From IMG/VR virus record IMGVR_UViG_3300038299_000353, positions 19,211 to 83,210 of that record: a stretch of DNA of 64,000 nucleotides; one strand, 5' to 3'. The position numbers and the translations under genes are program-made. Below, one piece after another: positions 9,672 through 19,711 of the stretch. A model generated the notes under the pieces. It was not told the origin of the DNA. It did no database searches and saw only the letters and a program-made list of their open reading frames with translations. Numbering within the stretch: the stretch's first letter is position 1; each line of letters opens with the position of its first letter. Origin of the DNA: a virus (Duplodnaviria; Caudoviricetes).

Positions 9672-10237
9672 TGGCAATCTTCAAGGCACAGATAAATAAG
9701 AAAATTACGAAAGCACTAACTGGAAGAAAGGCTAGGTCTAGCGCAATAAAAAAAATGTCTGCCGATTTCAAAAGATCTAAGAGACAGTTCTTGTCGGAGG
9801 TTGGCTCTGATAGGTCGTCACAAATGGTTCAGTCTGATGATAAAACAAGAGGTTACTTCGGCTTAGAGCCATCACAAAATCCAGTACAAGATATAAAAGA
9901 ATCTTTCGAAGAAAAAATTCAACTGAATACTAGGCCTAGCACTACTAGAGATAAAAATAGAGCATTTTACAAGTTTCAAATACAATATCCATCAAGGCCA
10001 GAAATTTATAATGATGATCGATTGAGTCTACCGTGGACTGCAAAGACTTGGGTGCAAGCGTTGCAGGAGGGGTTAGGAAGTATTGAAAAATTCTTATTTA
10101 AGCCAGGTGCTGGTAGGTCTGAGCTTGGTTATCAGATTAAAAACTCAATAAACAGGCAGAGCGAGCCAAGAGATGGTTCGTATCTAGACAGATTAAGAAG
10201 TCTTTTTGAAACAAAACTCAGAGGGGGAAATAGATGA
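9671..10237 (+). CDS. Putative neck/tail-completion protein
   Basis: Basic 188-aa protein in the neck cluster; translationally coupled. Confidence 0.45.
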   Translation: MAIFKAQINKKITKALTGRKARSSAIKKMSADFKRSKRQFLSEVGSDRSSQMVQSDDKTRGYFGLEPSQNPVQDIKESFEEKIQLNTRPSTTRDKNRAFYKFQIQYPSRPEIYNDDRLSLPWTAKTWVQALQEGLGSIEKFLFKPGAGRSELGYQIKNSINRQSEPRDGSYLDRLRSLFETKLRGGNR

Positions 10238-11070
10238 TACCGCAATACGATCATAAGCTAGGGTCTTACTTTACTCTATATCTAGAAAACAGGCTCTTAG
10301 AGAAGGGGCAGGCTTTTACTAATACTACTGGAATCTTTTACCCAAACGATCAAAATAATATTAATGGACTAACCTTTTCAAATAGTCCTTATGGTCAGTG
10401 GGTTTATGATCACTCAATTACTGGTGCTATAATTCCAAGTGGAGTTTATGTAAATGGTGAAGAGGTGAATAGGGGTACTAGTGGATTGTCTATAGACTTT
10501 TTAAATGGTGGCGCTTATCATGAAGACTTTGGAGACTCACCAGTGTCGGGAGCATTCGCATACAAGGACTTTAACGTATACTTTAAACCAGAAAATGAAA
10601 CTCAGGTTTTATTGAGAGAAGCTTTTAGATCCAAGGACCCATTAAACTTTTTAACTGGATCGAATAATTTAAGAATAAATGCCCCATGCATTATAGTCAG
10701 TTCTAAGAATAGCTCTAGCGAGCCTCTCGCATTTGGTGGCCTAGATGAAGTAACTTATAACTTACAGACTTTAGTTTTAACTGATAATTACTATGATTTG
10801 GATGGAGCTTTATCTATATTTAGAGATTTGAGGGAAAATTACTTTTCGGTAGGAGGCTTTGAAAAAATACCTTGGGACTTTAAGGGTGACTTAAAAGATC
10901 CAGAATATAGCTACAATGATATCAACGCAGCATTTAGCGGTGGGTATGAAAAAGCTTATATTGATAAGGTGACTATAAACTCTACAAATAGTGTAGATAA
11001 TGAATTTTCAGAGTTTAATATAGGCTATGCAGAATTTTCGATTATAGCCTATAGGTTTCCAAGAAAATGA
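10234..11070 (+). CDS. Putative tail terminator/neck protein
   Basis: Directly before the tail tube gene; PCIIVS...PLAFGG pattern; several S/T-G sites. Confidence 0.55.
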   Translation: MIPQYDHKLGSYFTLYLENRLLEKGQAFTNTTGIFYPNDQNNINGLTFSNSPYGQWVYDHSITGAIIPSGVYVNGEEVNRGTSGLSIDFLNGGAYHEDFGDSPVSGAFAYKDFNVYFKPENETQVLLREAFRSKDPLNFLTGSNNLRINAPCIIVSSKNSSSEPLAFGGLDEVTYNLQTLVLTDNYYDLDGALSIFRDLRENYFSVGGFEKIPWDFKGDLKDPEYSYNDINAAFSGGYEKAYIDKVTINSTNSVDNEFSEFNIGYAEFSIIAYRFPRK

Positions 11071-11098
11071 TTCACAGTCTCGCAAATAAAATGTATTA
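11071..11098 (+). promoter_or_regulatory. Putative late promoter TTCACA-N15-TGTATTA (tail tube)
   Basis: Exact motif copy in the intergenic gap. Confidence 0.7.
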
Positions 11099-11127
11099 AC
11101 TATTATAACCCAACCTTTTTTAAAACT

Positions 11128-12357
11128 ATGGCAAAAAGAATTCAAACAAGATATGAAAGTGCTGGCCTCTTTGTAGGCCCTTCGCCAGCAACTGGCAGAC
11201 ACTTTGCAGATGGTCTTTACGGTTACACCACTCTATTAAGTGGATCAAGCGGTGATAACCAAATCAGACCACTATTCAGAGTACAGTCGTTCTCCGACTC
11301 TTTCGACAACCCTCTTCAGAACGTTAATCAATTTGGACAAGCTACTACTCTTGCCAAATTAGCTACTTCTGCACCGACCCCAACCTTCGATTTCACGTAT
11401 TTCACTAATAATGGATTGAACGAAGCTATTCTGGGCTTTCCAGTGTCCCTTGATGCTAGCACTGTTGCTGGAAATACAACTGGCTTGAGAAATTGCCTGT
11501 CTGGATTCTTTGATTCTACAAATGATTCCAAGAACTATTTCGCGCAATTCGTCCCAGAAGGTAAGTCCGTTTATGGAGATACCTCTGCAGATGACCTAGA
11601 CTTCGTAGTTTGCCTTTCAAATGGCTTCATTACTAATTATGAAGTTAGCGCAAGTGTTGGCGGGTTCATGGAATCTACAGTTTCTGTTGAAGGTTCTAAT
11701 TACGTAGTTAATTCTAATAGTACTGGCAACATTTCTCCAGCAATTTTCCCAGAAAATGGAGACAAGGTTACTGGGTGGCAATATGATATTCCTGCAATCT
11801 CACAAGACTCCACTGGAGCTTTTGCTGGTGCAGGTTCTACAATGCCAGCGGTCATCAAACAAGGTGGAATTAAGCTTAACATCAGCACTCTTTCGGGTAA
11901 CATGGGTGTTAACATTACAGAATCGAATATCAATTCGTTTTCCGTTAGCGTTCCAGTTGCTCGTGACAACCTTGAAAGACTAGGAAGTCAATTCGTTTTT
12001 GCTCGCCCATTGCAAACACCAATTGATGGAACAGTAAGCTTCGATTTTAATGTCACTGATATGACGACAGGTTCTCTTGTTGATCTATTCAACGGCACAT
12101 CGAACACTGAGTTTGACTTTAGTATTGTAACTGCTGGAAGTACTGGTAATTCGGTAGATACAGATCAATTCGCTATTGTTGTTAGAGGTGCTACCTTCGA
12201 ATCGGAAAATACATCTCTTGATATCGGATCTGCAAGAAACGGTTCTGTAACATTCCAAGTCCCACTTGGTACTGTTGATGAAACTGGAAAAGGCATATTC
12301 TTCAGCGGAGCCGCTACAGAAGCAGATCGTAACGCGAGATACGCAGGTCGTTCATAA
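11128..12357 (+). CDS. Major tail tube protein
   Basis: 409 aa beta-rich, RVQS...NQFGQ, followed by a terminator and the tape measure; no sheath gene seen. Confidence 0.75.
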   Translation: MAKRIQTRYESAGLFVGPSPATGRHFADGLYGYTTLLSGSSGDNQIRPLFRVQSFSDSFDNPLQNVNQFGQATTLAKLATSAPTPTFDFTYFTNNGLNEAILGFPVSLDASTVAGNTTGLRNCLSGFFDSTNDSKNYFAQFVPEGKSVYGDTSADDLDFVVCLSNGFITNYEVSASVGGFMESTVSVEGSNYVVNSNSTGNISPAIFPENGDKVTGWQYDIPAISQDSTGAFAGAGSTMPAVIKQGGIKLNISTLSGNMGVNITESNINSFSVSVPVARDNLERLGSQFVFARPLQTPIDGTVSFDFNVTDMTTGSLVDLFNGTSNTEFDFSIVTAGSTGNSVDTDQFAIVVRGATFESENTSLDIGSARNGSVTFQVPLGTVDETGKGIFFSGAATEADRNARYAGRS

Positions 12358-12381
12358 ATTTTAAATATTCATTTAAAAAAC

Positions 12382-12418
12382 AAAGCCCATTGATTTTTTT
12401 ATCAGTGGGCTTTTTTTT
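12382..12418 (+). terminator. Rho-independent terminator after tail tube
   Basis: AAAGCCCATTGAT...ATCAGTGGGCTTT hairpin plus T8 tract. Confidence 0.85.
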
Positions 12419-12437
12419 AGTGTAATAGTATATAGGC

Positions 12438-15400
12438 ATGGCTAGATCTGATTTAGAAATATTAGCGGAAGTAAAACTCTCAAACACAAGAGAGTTTAAT
12501 GCTCAGTTGCGTGGTCTTGAAAAACGTAAAGTTATAATTGACACAAAGCGAAGTGAGCAGGCTTTAGGCAGAATTACAGGCAAGGCAAATGAGTTTACTA
12601 AATCACTTGAAGCTTCTAATGCCCGTGTCATCGCTTTCGGCGCTTCTGTGGCCGTCATTGAAGGGGTAAGAAGAGCCTTCCTAGAATTGGCTACCACCGT
12701 AGTACAGGTGGAAAGTAGCTTGAATGCTATTAACTCCATCTTCGGAAGAAGTAGCGATACGATATCGAAGTTTGGTGACGAGCTGTTTAAGGTTGCTAAG
12801 AATACTGGTCAGGGATTTCAGCAAGTAGCTGAAGCTGCACAGGAATTTGCCAGACAGGGCTTGAGCGTAGAGCAAACTCTAAAGAGAACAAATGACGCTC
12901 TGATATTAACTCGACTAACAACTTTAAACACAGAGAAAGCAATTTCTGGTTTAACTGCGGTTGTTAACGGTTTTGCATCCTCTGCTATAACGACTACTGA
13001 CGTCATAAATAAGTTGAGAGCAGTTGAAACTGCTTTTGCGGTTTCTTCTACAGATCTAATTGATGCGGTTTCTAGATCGGCATCCGTTGCTCAGGATGCT
13101 GGCATATCGTTTGAAGAATTGCTGGGTTTCATTACTGCGATAAAACAAAGAACTGGTTTGGGTGGCGCTACTATTGGTCAAGGTCTGAAGACTGCTTTAA
13201 CTAGACTTAATTTACCTACTAGAATCGCACAGTTGAAAGAACTTGGGGTCGCTGTTGATGAATCTGCCGCAACCTTTGATAACCTAGTAACAGCATCTGT
13301 AGCCATTGATAAAGCTCAAAAGGACGGGAACAGAAGTCTTGCCACTCAAATATCTACAGTTGTTGCTGGCCAGTTCCAGGTTTCAAAATTGTCGGCCCTA
13401 TTTAGAGATTTAGCATCCCAACAAAGTATTGCTGGAGGAGCGACAGACGCTGCGACCAAGGCAACTAATGAAGCTATTCTAGCCAACTTAGCTTACAATC
13501 AAACTATTGAGGGTGTTAGTAAGCAAATCTCTGCCAATATAAGTCAAATTTTTGCAGGCCTTGGCGAGGCTGGGCTTCAAGACTTCTTCAAGTCTATTGT
13601 AACGGATATAAATGTATTGCTAGAAGCTCTTCAAGGCAAAGATATTGGAGGTGGGTCCTTTTTGGCAAACCTTACCAAGGACGTGCTTTTACTAGCTAAT
13701 GATCTTAAGCTTTTAGCGCCACTTGCTGAAGGGTTTGTAAAAGTCTTGACTGGTCCTGCATTTGTAACTGGCTTGGCAATTATTGCCAATACTTTAAAAA
13801 ATGTATTCACTCAGGGTGGCGCAAGTTTACTTCAGCTCAGTGGTATAAACAAAGTTTCAGAAAAACGAATAGCAAATCAGAGAGTTATTCAAAGCTTGTT
13901 AGCTCAAGCTACCTCTTCCGAGTTAAAACAGCTAGAATTAGCAACTTCACAGGCACAAAAAGAACAAATTATATTAGGCTTGCTGACTAAACAACTTGCT
14001 GCGCAAAAAGCCTTAGAATCTAGTTCGATTAGAACTGCGCAAAGCTTGTCGAGGCAGGGTGTATCTCTTGGTGGATCTGTTTTTACTGGAGATGTAAGTA
14101 GGAAAGGAAGAGGAACAAAGGGTTTTGCTGGAGGAACTTTAGGGGGAGCAATAGAAAATGAAAAAAGGGCGATCAGCAATGGCGTTGGTGGAGCTAGTTC
14201 AAACGCGCAAGTAAAAGTAGTAAATTCATTCAATTATGGAAAGGGCAAGATTGGGCCAGCCGTATTGAATAGTGATGAGATTTTAATACCTAATAAGAGT
14301 GGCGACATTGTATTGAATAGAGATATGGCAGGATCTTCTGCTATTAGCTCTATGGGTGGAAACTTTGCCAAAGGCAAGATCCCTATGATCAAGGGATTGA
14401 CCTACAAGGCCTCTCAGGATGGCTTTAGCAAGCTTCTGATGGGTAACACCAAATTTCAGTCTGTAAGCTACTACAGTAAGAATTCTGACTCAGTTAGACA
14501 GCTTACAGGGGTTCAGCATTCATCTATGGTTGGTCAGTCATCTAAGGCTGGAAAGCCGCCTCCTAAGGGGTATTCTAGCTGGAAGCAATACCAAAGGGAG
14601 AATCAGATGGTTACTCTTAGAGGTATGCAGGGTGGCGAACAAGTAACCAAAAATGTAAAACTCTCTAATATAAGAAAGGTTAGAGCTGGGGGAGCTACCT
14701 ATATACCTAATTTTGCAGAAGGCAGGGTCAATATTGGAGATTCCGAAATAAAAAGGATGATGAAGAGGCTGAGATCTGGTCAATCTCTAACAAACAGAGA
14801 TTTGAGAAGGATCGAATCTGGTATTGCATCGGGTCAATCATTTAAAATTCCACCCCTTTTAAGGGATGCTGCGGCTAAGCAGGCTTCGTTTGCAAGTCAG
14901 AAAGCTGCTAGAGGTTCTGGTAGAGCTACACCAAAAACTCCACCAAGCGGTGCTGGTGAAAGGACTAGAATATTTCCGACACGAACATCTTCCGTTAGAG
15001 ATAGTCAAGGGAGATTTGTTGGAACAGGTGGAGCATCAGATGTAAGCTCTTCAGGTTCCAGAGCTTTTAGCACTAATGATTTTCAGCCGCCAGCAGTAAT
15101 ACAGCCAAGTTTAGCCGAGCAGGCAAAAAATGCTCCACCTAAAGCAACTGACTTTAGTAAATCTTTGGAAGAGAGGCAGTACAAGCAATTTAAAAACGAT
15201 TTTACTGCTGGCAAAATACCTAGCGGAGGTGGCGATGACACGTTCAAGAAATTTAAAACAAGGCTGCAGTTTGATCTTATAGAAGCCGAATTAAAAAAAG
15301 AGTCTAAAGCTCAGGGAAGACCTGTATCATTTGCTGAGCTTGGTAGGTCAAAAGAAGGTAGGAAGCTTAGGCAAAATATTGTAAAAGCTGGACTAGTTAA

Positions 15401-18092
15401 TTTTAAGCAAGTTGAAGCCACAACAGCAAGAGCCGTTCAAGATGCTCTTTTGGCTGATGCACAAACACAATTAGAGAAGTCTGGGAAGGGTAGATTTGGT
15501 CTTGATAGTGGCCTAGACAAAAAAGCAAAAGGCATTTTGCAATCACCTTCTGGAAGAAGACTTTCATCAGAATCTAGAGCTAAATTTAACGAATCGGTTG
15601 AATCTAGAAAAATAGCTAGAGGACAAAGACTACAGGGGGCTGGATTTGGACTTAGCTTTGCTGGGGCTTTGGCAGCGCCAGTAGTTGGTCAGGGGATTGC
15701 AAAGGCAACTGGAAATGAAAGGGCTGGGTCAATTGCATCTGGTGCTTTAGGTGGGGCTGCGACTGGAGCAAGTGTGGGTGCATTTTCTGGGAATCCGATT
15801 GGTATTGCAATAGGTGCTGGAGTTGGGGGTATACTGGGTGGAGTTAGTGCTGCGCTTGCTACAGCCAATGATGATGCCAGCAAGTATTCCAAGACTCTGG
15901 GCGAGCAGCAAGATTTTTATAAAAAGAATATAGCTTCTGCACAGGCATATGTAAATGCGCAGTTTAGACTAAATGATGCATTTGAAAGTGGAACTGCATC
16001 AGGAAAACAGATAGCGGCCCTGTTCTCTGATATACAAAGAACGTTTAATGATTTTCAGAACGATCCAAATCTTGGCAAATCAGAAAGAGGGAGAAAGCTT
16101 CAGCAAGACTTTGTTACTGCAACTCCAGAGGCAAGAAGAGAGATATTGGCTGACCTCCAAAGGGAGGGGCAGTCAAAAATAAGGACAGCGTCAACACAGG
16201 CGGCTTTCGACGATTTCGCTACAAAATCTAAAGATAGGAGAGCTACTATAGCGGCGGAGAGAACTACTATTAAGGGTGTCGGTCAATATGCCTTTGGATC
16301 GCCAGTATCAAGAGTAACAAACCAGGCGGAACTTAATCTTAGTAAGATTACAAAAGAAGAGGTATCTCTTTTTGTTGGAGGCCTTCTAGCGGATATAGAT
16401 CTTGACAATGTTGACTTTTCCACTTTAGAGGCGTCTGGAACTAATCTCCAGAAGCTACTTGCGCTGGGTCTTGAAGAGGAAACTGCAAAAGCTTTTGCTC
16501 TTCAGTTCGACGAAAATAGGCTTCTATCAAACCTATTCCAGCAAGAGATTGGAAAAGGCTCCATTAAGACCAATATAATTCAACAGCAAAATACCGCTGC
16601 GATAACAGATGCGAACTTTAAAGTTGCAGGAGCTAACAGAGACTCTGATGATGCTTCATCTAATTTGTTCCAAGCTCAGGCTGGCCAGTCTGCTGCTGCT
16701 AGAATAACGCAAAGGGGTCAAGTTAGTAGAGCGTCCAACCTCAAGCAAAATCAATTGGAGTTTCTTTCTGGTCAGGGCTTTGACCAGACACGTAATAAGC
16801 AGAACCTTCAGATAAGTGATCTGCAAACAGCTCTTAAAAATGGGTTGAAGGATCTTAACTTAGGTGCTTCAGGGGGTGTCCAATCTGCTTTTAAAGATAG
16901 ATTGTCCACATTCACACCAGAGCAAAGAGCTGAGGTTTCCCCTATCTTGGAAAAGGTTGCGAATGAAGGAGCTTCAATTAGCGATATAAACTCTCTAATA
17001 GGAACGACAAAAGATAAGGATTTGAAACAAGAGCTTACAAAGTTGGCAATTAGCCTGGCAGCAAATAGAGATGCTCTTGTCGCAAATACAAATCAGTCAC
17101 TTGCGGATACAGTAGCTATCAATCAACAGCGCGAAAATCAGAGAGTGTCTCAAGCAGCATTAAACGATTTAGGGTCAAAGACGGGAGGTCAGAACCTTTC
17201 ACAATTATTTGGTGAAGATAAGGCGGGTAGTAGTCTTACTGAAGAAATTAGAAAGGGAATGAGAGAAACTTTCTTAGGCTTAGATAGAACGGGTTTGCCT
17301 GGAAGAGATCCAATTAGAGAAGTGCTGGCTGATAAAGATTCTCCAGAGGCTCAAGCATTAAAGGGGGCTTCTGATGTACTTAGAGAGCAGTTCAATCTTG
17401 TTACTAGATCAAAAGGCGAAGGGGGTCAACTAACCGATTTACAGAGTAAAAGAGCTAGGAGCATTTTTGAACGAGAGTTGAGTATAGGGGATCAAACTCC
17501 TGAAGGGCTTGCGGATTTACCTGCAAGATTAGAAAGTGTATTTGACCGTTTATCTGATCAGGGCGTTAAACTGGACTTAGACGAACTAGTTAAGGTTAAA
17601 ACTAATACAGGTGAAGAGATTGGTGGCTTTGAAGTAATCAACCAAGGTTTAGCTGCTGTTGTCGAATCCCTCAAGGTGGTCAGCCCAACATTAGCATCAC
17701 TATTGAGTGATGTTACTCCAACCGAAGGTAGGCTTCCTGGAGCGCCACCAGTTGTAGAAGGAGGTAATCAATCTTCCACCGCAGCAGACTCTGCAGCAAA
17801 TGTATTAGCTGCACTCAAGGTGCAGGAGGCCGCAGCGTTGGTAAATAGAGATGCTATAGCCACTCTAGTAGAACAATTAAATGCAAATACTCTTACTCAA
17901 GAGCAATTTATTAAAGCATCTAGTGAGCTAAGTGAAAGGCTTGCAGAGGGAGTAATTAAAACCACTGATGTTGTTACTAATATAGATATAAAGCTTCCAG
18001 ACGGCAGCATAGCTAGGTTGGGTTCAGTAGAAGAAGCGGTTGAAGAGTTTAGGAGAAATTTAGAATCAATTGTAGACACGATCAGTGATTAA
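12438..18092 (+). CDS. Tail tape measure protein with inserted modules
   Basis: 1884 aa, Ala/Gly/Leu helical. TP901-like core (EAAQEFARQG, AVSSTDLIDAVSRSASVA, IGQGLKT) and Gly-rich hydrophobic segments. Confidence 0.9.
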   Translation: MARSDLEILAEVKLSNTREFNAQLRGLEKRKVIIDTKRSEQALGRITGKANEFTKSLEASNARVIAFGASVAVIEGVRRAFLELATTVVQVESSLNAINSIFGRSSDTISKFGDELFKVAKNTGQGFQQVAEAAQEFARQGLSVEQTLKRTNDALILTRLTTLNTEKAISGLTAVVNGFASSAITTTDVINKLRAVETAFAVSSTDLIDAVSRSASVAQDAGISFEELLGFITAIKQRTGLGGATIGQGLKTALTRLNLPTRIAQLKELGVAVDESAATFDNLVTASVAIDKAQKDGNRSLATQISTVVAGQFQVSKLSALFRDLASQQSIAGGATDAATKATNEAILANLAYNQTIEGVSKQISANISQIFAGLGEAGLQDFFKSIVTDINVLLEALQGKDIGGGSFLANLTKDVLLLANDLKLLAPLAEGFVKVLTGPAFVTGLAIIANTLKNVFTQGGASLLQLSGINKVSEKRIANQRVIQSLLAQATSSELKQLELATSQAQKEQIILGLLTKQLAAQKALESSSIRTAQSLSRQGVSLGGSVFTGDVSRKGRGTKGFAGGTLGGAIENEKRAISNGVGGASSNAQVKVVNSFNYGKGKIGPAVLNSDEILIPNKSGDIVLNRDMAGSSAISSMGGNFAKGKIPMIKGLTYKASQDGFSKLLMGNTKFQSVSYYSKNSDSVRQLTGVQHSSMVGQSSKAGKPPPKGYSSWKQYQRENQMVTLRGMQGGEQVTKNVKLSNIRKVRAGGATYIPNFAEGRVNIGDSEIKRMMKRLRSGQSLTNRDLRRIESGIASGQSFKIPPLLRDAAAKQASFASQKAARGSGRATPKTPPSGAGERTRIFPTRTSSVRDSQGRFVGTGGASDVSSSGSRAFSTNDFQPPAVIQPSLAEQAKNAPPKATDFSKSLEERQYKQFKNDFTAGKIPSGGGDDTFKKFKTRLQFDLIEAELKKESKAQGRPVSFAELGRSKEGRKLRQNIVKAGLVNFKQVEATTARAVQDALLADAQTQLEKSGKGRFGLDSGLDKKAKGILQSPSGRRLSSESRAKFNESVESRKIARGQRLQGAGFGLSFAGALAAPVVGQGIAKATGNERAGSIASGALGGAATGASVGAFSGNPIGIAIGAGVGGILGGVSAALATANDDASKYSKTLGEQQDFYKKNIASAQAYVNAQFRLNDAFESGTASGKQIAALFSDIQRTFNDFQNDPNLGKSERGRKLQQDFVTATPEARREILADLQREGQSKIRTASTQAAFDDFATKSKDRRATIAAERTTIKGVGQYAFGSPVSRVTNQAELNLSKITKEEVSLFVGGLLADIDLDNVDFSTLEASGTNLQKLLALGLEEETAKAFALQFDENRLLSNLFQQEIGKGSIKTNIIQQQNTAAITDANFKVAGANRDSDDASSNLFQAQAGQSAAARITQRGQVSRASNLKQNQLEFLSGQGFDQTRNKQNLQISDLQTALKNGLKDLNLGASGGVQSAFKDRLSTFTPEQRAEVSPILEKVANEGASISDINSLIGTTKDKDLKQELTKLAISLAANRDALVANTNQSLADTVAINQQRENQRVSQAALNDLGSKTGGQNLSQLFGEDKAGSSLTEEIRKGMRETFLGLDRTGLPGRDPIREVLADKDSPEAQALKGASDVLREQFNLVTRSKGEGGQLTDLQSKRARSIFERELSIGDQTPEGLADLPARLESVFDRLSDQGVKLDLDELVKVKTNTGEEIGGFEVINQGLAAVVESLKVVSPTLASLLSDVTPTEGRLPGAPPVVEGGNQSSTAADSAANVLAALKVQEAAALVNRDAIATLVEQLNANTLTQEQFIKASSELSERLAEGVIKTTDVVTNIDIKLPDGSIARLGSVEEAVEEFRRNLESIVDTISD

Positions 18093-18100
18093 TTATAAAA

Positions 18101-19711
18101 GTGAATTTTAATAATGCTAGTTTATTAGGTTTTAAAAAAACAAATCAATTCTTAAATTCCAATTTTAGATTCGGTTCAAGAGTTGAGTATGAGATAGAAG
18201 GGTATTTCATAGATCTTCAAAATGATATTGGTGTAAGCGGATTACTTAGCGCTTCTGAGTTTTTTAGAACTGGTCTTCAAGATTATCAGCCAATAATACT
18301 AAATGGAAATGACTTTGGAAAAGGCAGGGTATTAAGTTTTAGTAATAACGATGCAAACTCTTTACAGTACTCTACTTACAATCTATCAATCGAAGGCTTT
18401 CAATCTGGAAATTTAAGCAATCTTTCTGGCAAATATTATAGCGGATTAGCTCCCTTAGTAACTGGCAACACCATTTTAGAATCGCCATACCTGCTTGAGG
18501 ATTTTTCTGAAGATTTTAATATTAACAGGGACGGTGATCAATTTTCTTATACGCATAGTATAAATATTAAATATGCTAGTGGCGATGGAGTGATAATCAC
18601 CCCTATTCAAAGAGCAAAAGGTTTAGCTGCGGAAATTTTTCAAACAGTAGAAGCGCCCTTTGAGCTTTTAGATAGTTTTCCTGGACACAATTTTTTTACT
18701 GGGGCAATAGACGAGAAATTTAATGAATCCTACGATTTAGTAAACAACTCGGTTAGTATTTCTAGAAAATTTTCTACATATACTTCTGAATTTGAAAAAT
18801 ATTCAGTAAAGCACTCTCAGAATTTCACAAAGCAAACAGACGGGATAATCTCTGTTTCTGAAAATGGCTCAATAAAGGCAAAATCCTTTTCTATAGAAGT
18901 TGATCTATCAGAAGCTATAAAAAGTGAAATAAGCGGATCTTATGGTAGATGTAGTGAAATTTATCTAGCATATGGTAATTCCTCAGCTCTACCTTCTGGA
19001 GCCATTTCTACTTCTCAAAGTATTGATAATTTTGCTGGCGAGGCTAACTACACAATATCCTTTAACGATGCTGATTCTAATTATGGAGAAAATTATATTT
19101 TGAATTCAACACTCTCCATGCAAAGACTAGGAGACATTATGCAGATTTCTGAGGAAGCAAGTATATTGGGAAGAGGCGACTCTGAGGCAGAAAAAATGCA
19201 AAACTCTGTGAATGGCTACAATATAGAAAAAGAAAATATCTTTGGAAGATGTTATAGTTTTTATCAGGAGCAAGGTGGGATTAAAGATTTGAGCCTAGAG
19301 GATTGTTCTTATAATAAAAAAACGAATGGAAGTTCTATAGACTACGACTATACCTTTTCCGATGACTCTTCTCTGGTAAGCGGAAGAAGAGTTTCTATTT
19401 CGGTTAACGATGACGATTCAATTAATGCATTTGCTAATTTCTCCGCCTTGGGTGAGAAGCAATTTGTACAAAAAATAGATACTACAAGCCAGGGATCTAG
19501 AGACTTAAAAATATCTATAAACGGGCAAGAGGAAGATACGCTTTATGATCTTCTTGACCAGGCAAAGGGTGTAGCTAATGAGCATGTAAAGACCTATAAT
19601 GATACTTATATTGATGGCGCAACTTACCAATACAATTTAGAGAAAAATGCATTAGAAGTATCTGTAAAATATAAATTCAACAAACTGGTTAGGAATAGAG
19701 CTACATTATGA
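18101..19711 (+). CDS. Baseplate/distal-tail structural protein A
   Basis: Directly after the tape measure; beta-rich, with recurring S-x-D...Y/F-x-x-S-F units. Confidence 0.6.
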   Translation: MNFNNASLLGFKKTNQFLNSNFRFGSRVEYEIEGYFIDLQNDIGVSGLLSASEFFRTGLQDYQPIILNGNDFGKGRVLSFSNNDANSLQYSTYNLSIEGFQSGNLSNLSGKYYSGLAPLVTGNTILESPYLLEDFSEDFNINRDGDQFSYTHSINIKYASGDGVIITPIQRAKGLAAEIFQTVEAPFELLDSFPGHNFFTGAIDEKFNESYDLVNNSVSISRKFSTYTSEFEKYSVKHSQNFTKQTDGIISVSENGSIKAKSFSIEVDLSEAIKSEISGSYGRCSEIYLAYGNSSALPSGAISTSQSIDNFAGEANYTISFNDADSNYGENYILNSTLSMQRLGDIMQISEEASILGRGDSEAEKMQNSVNGYNIEKENIFGRCYSFYQEQGGIKDLSLEDCSYNKKTNGSSIDYDYTFSDDSSLVSGRRVSISVNDDDSINAFANFSALGEKQFVQKIDTTSQGSRDLKISINGQEEDTLYDLLDQAKGVANEHVKTYNDTYIDGATYQYNLEKNALEVSVKYKFNKLVRNRATL

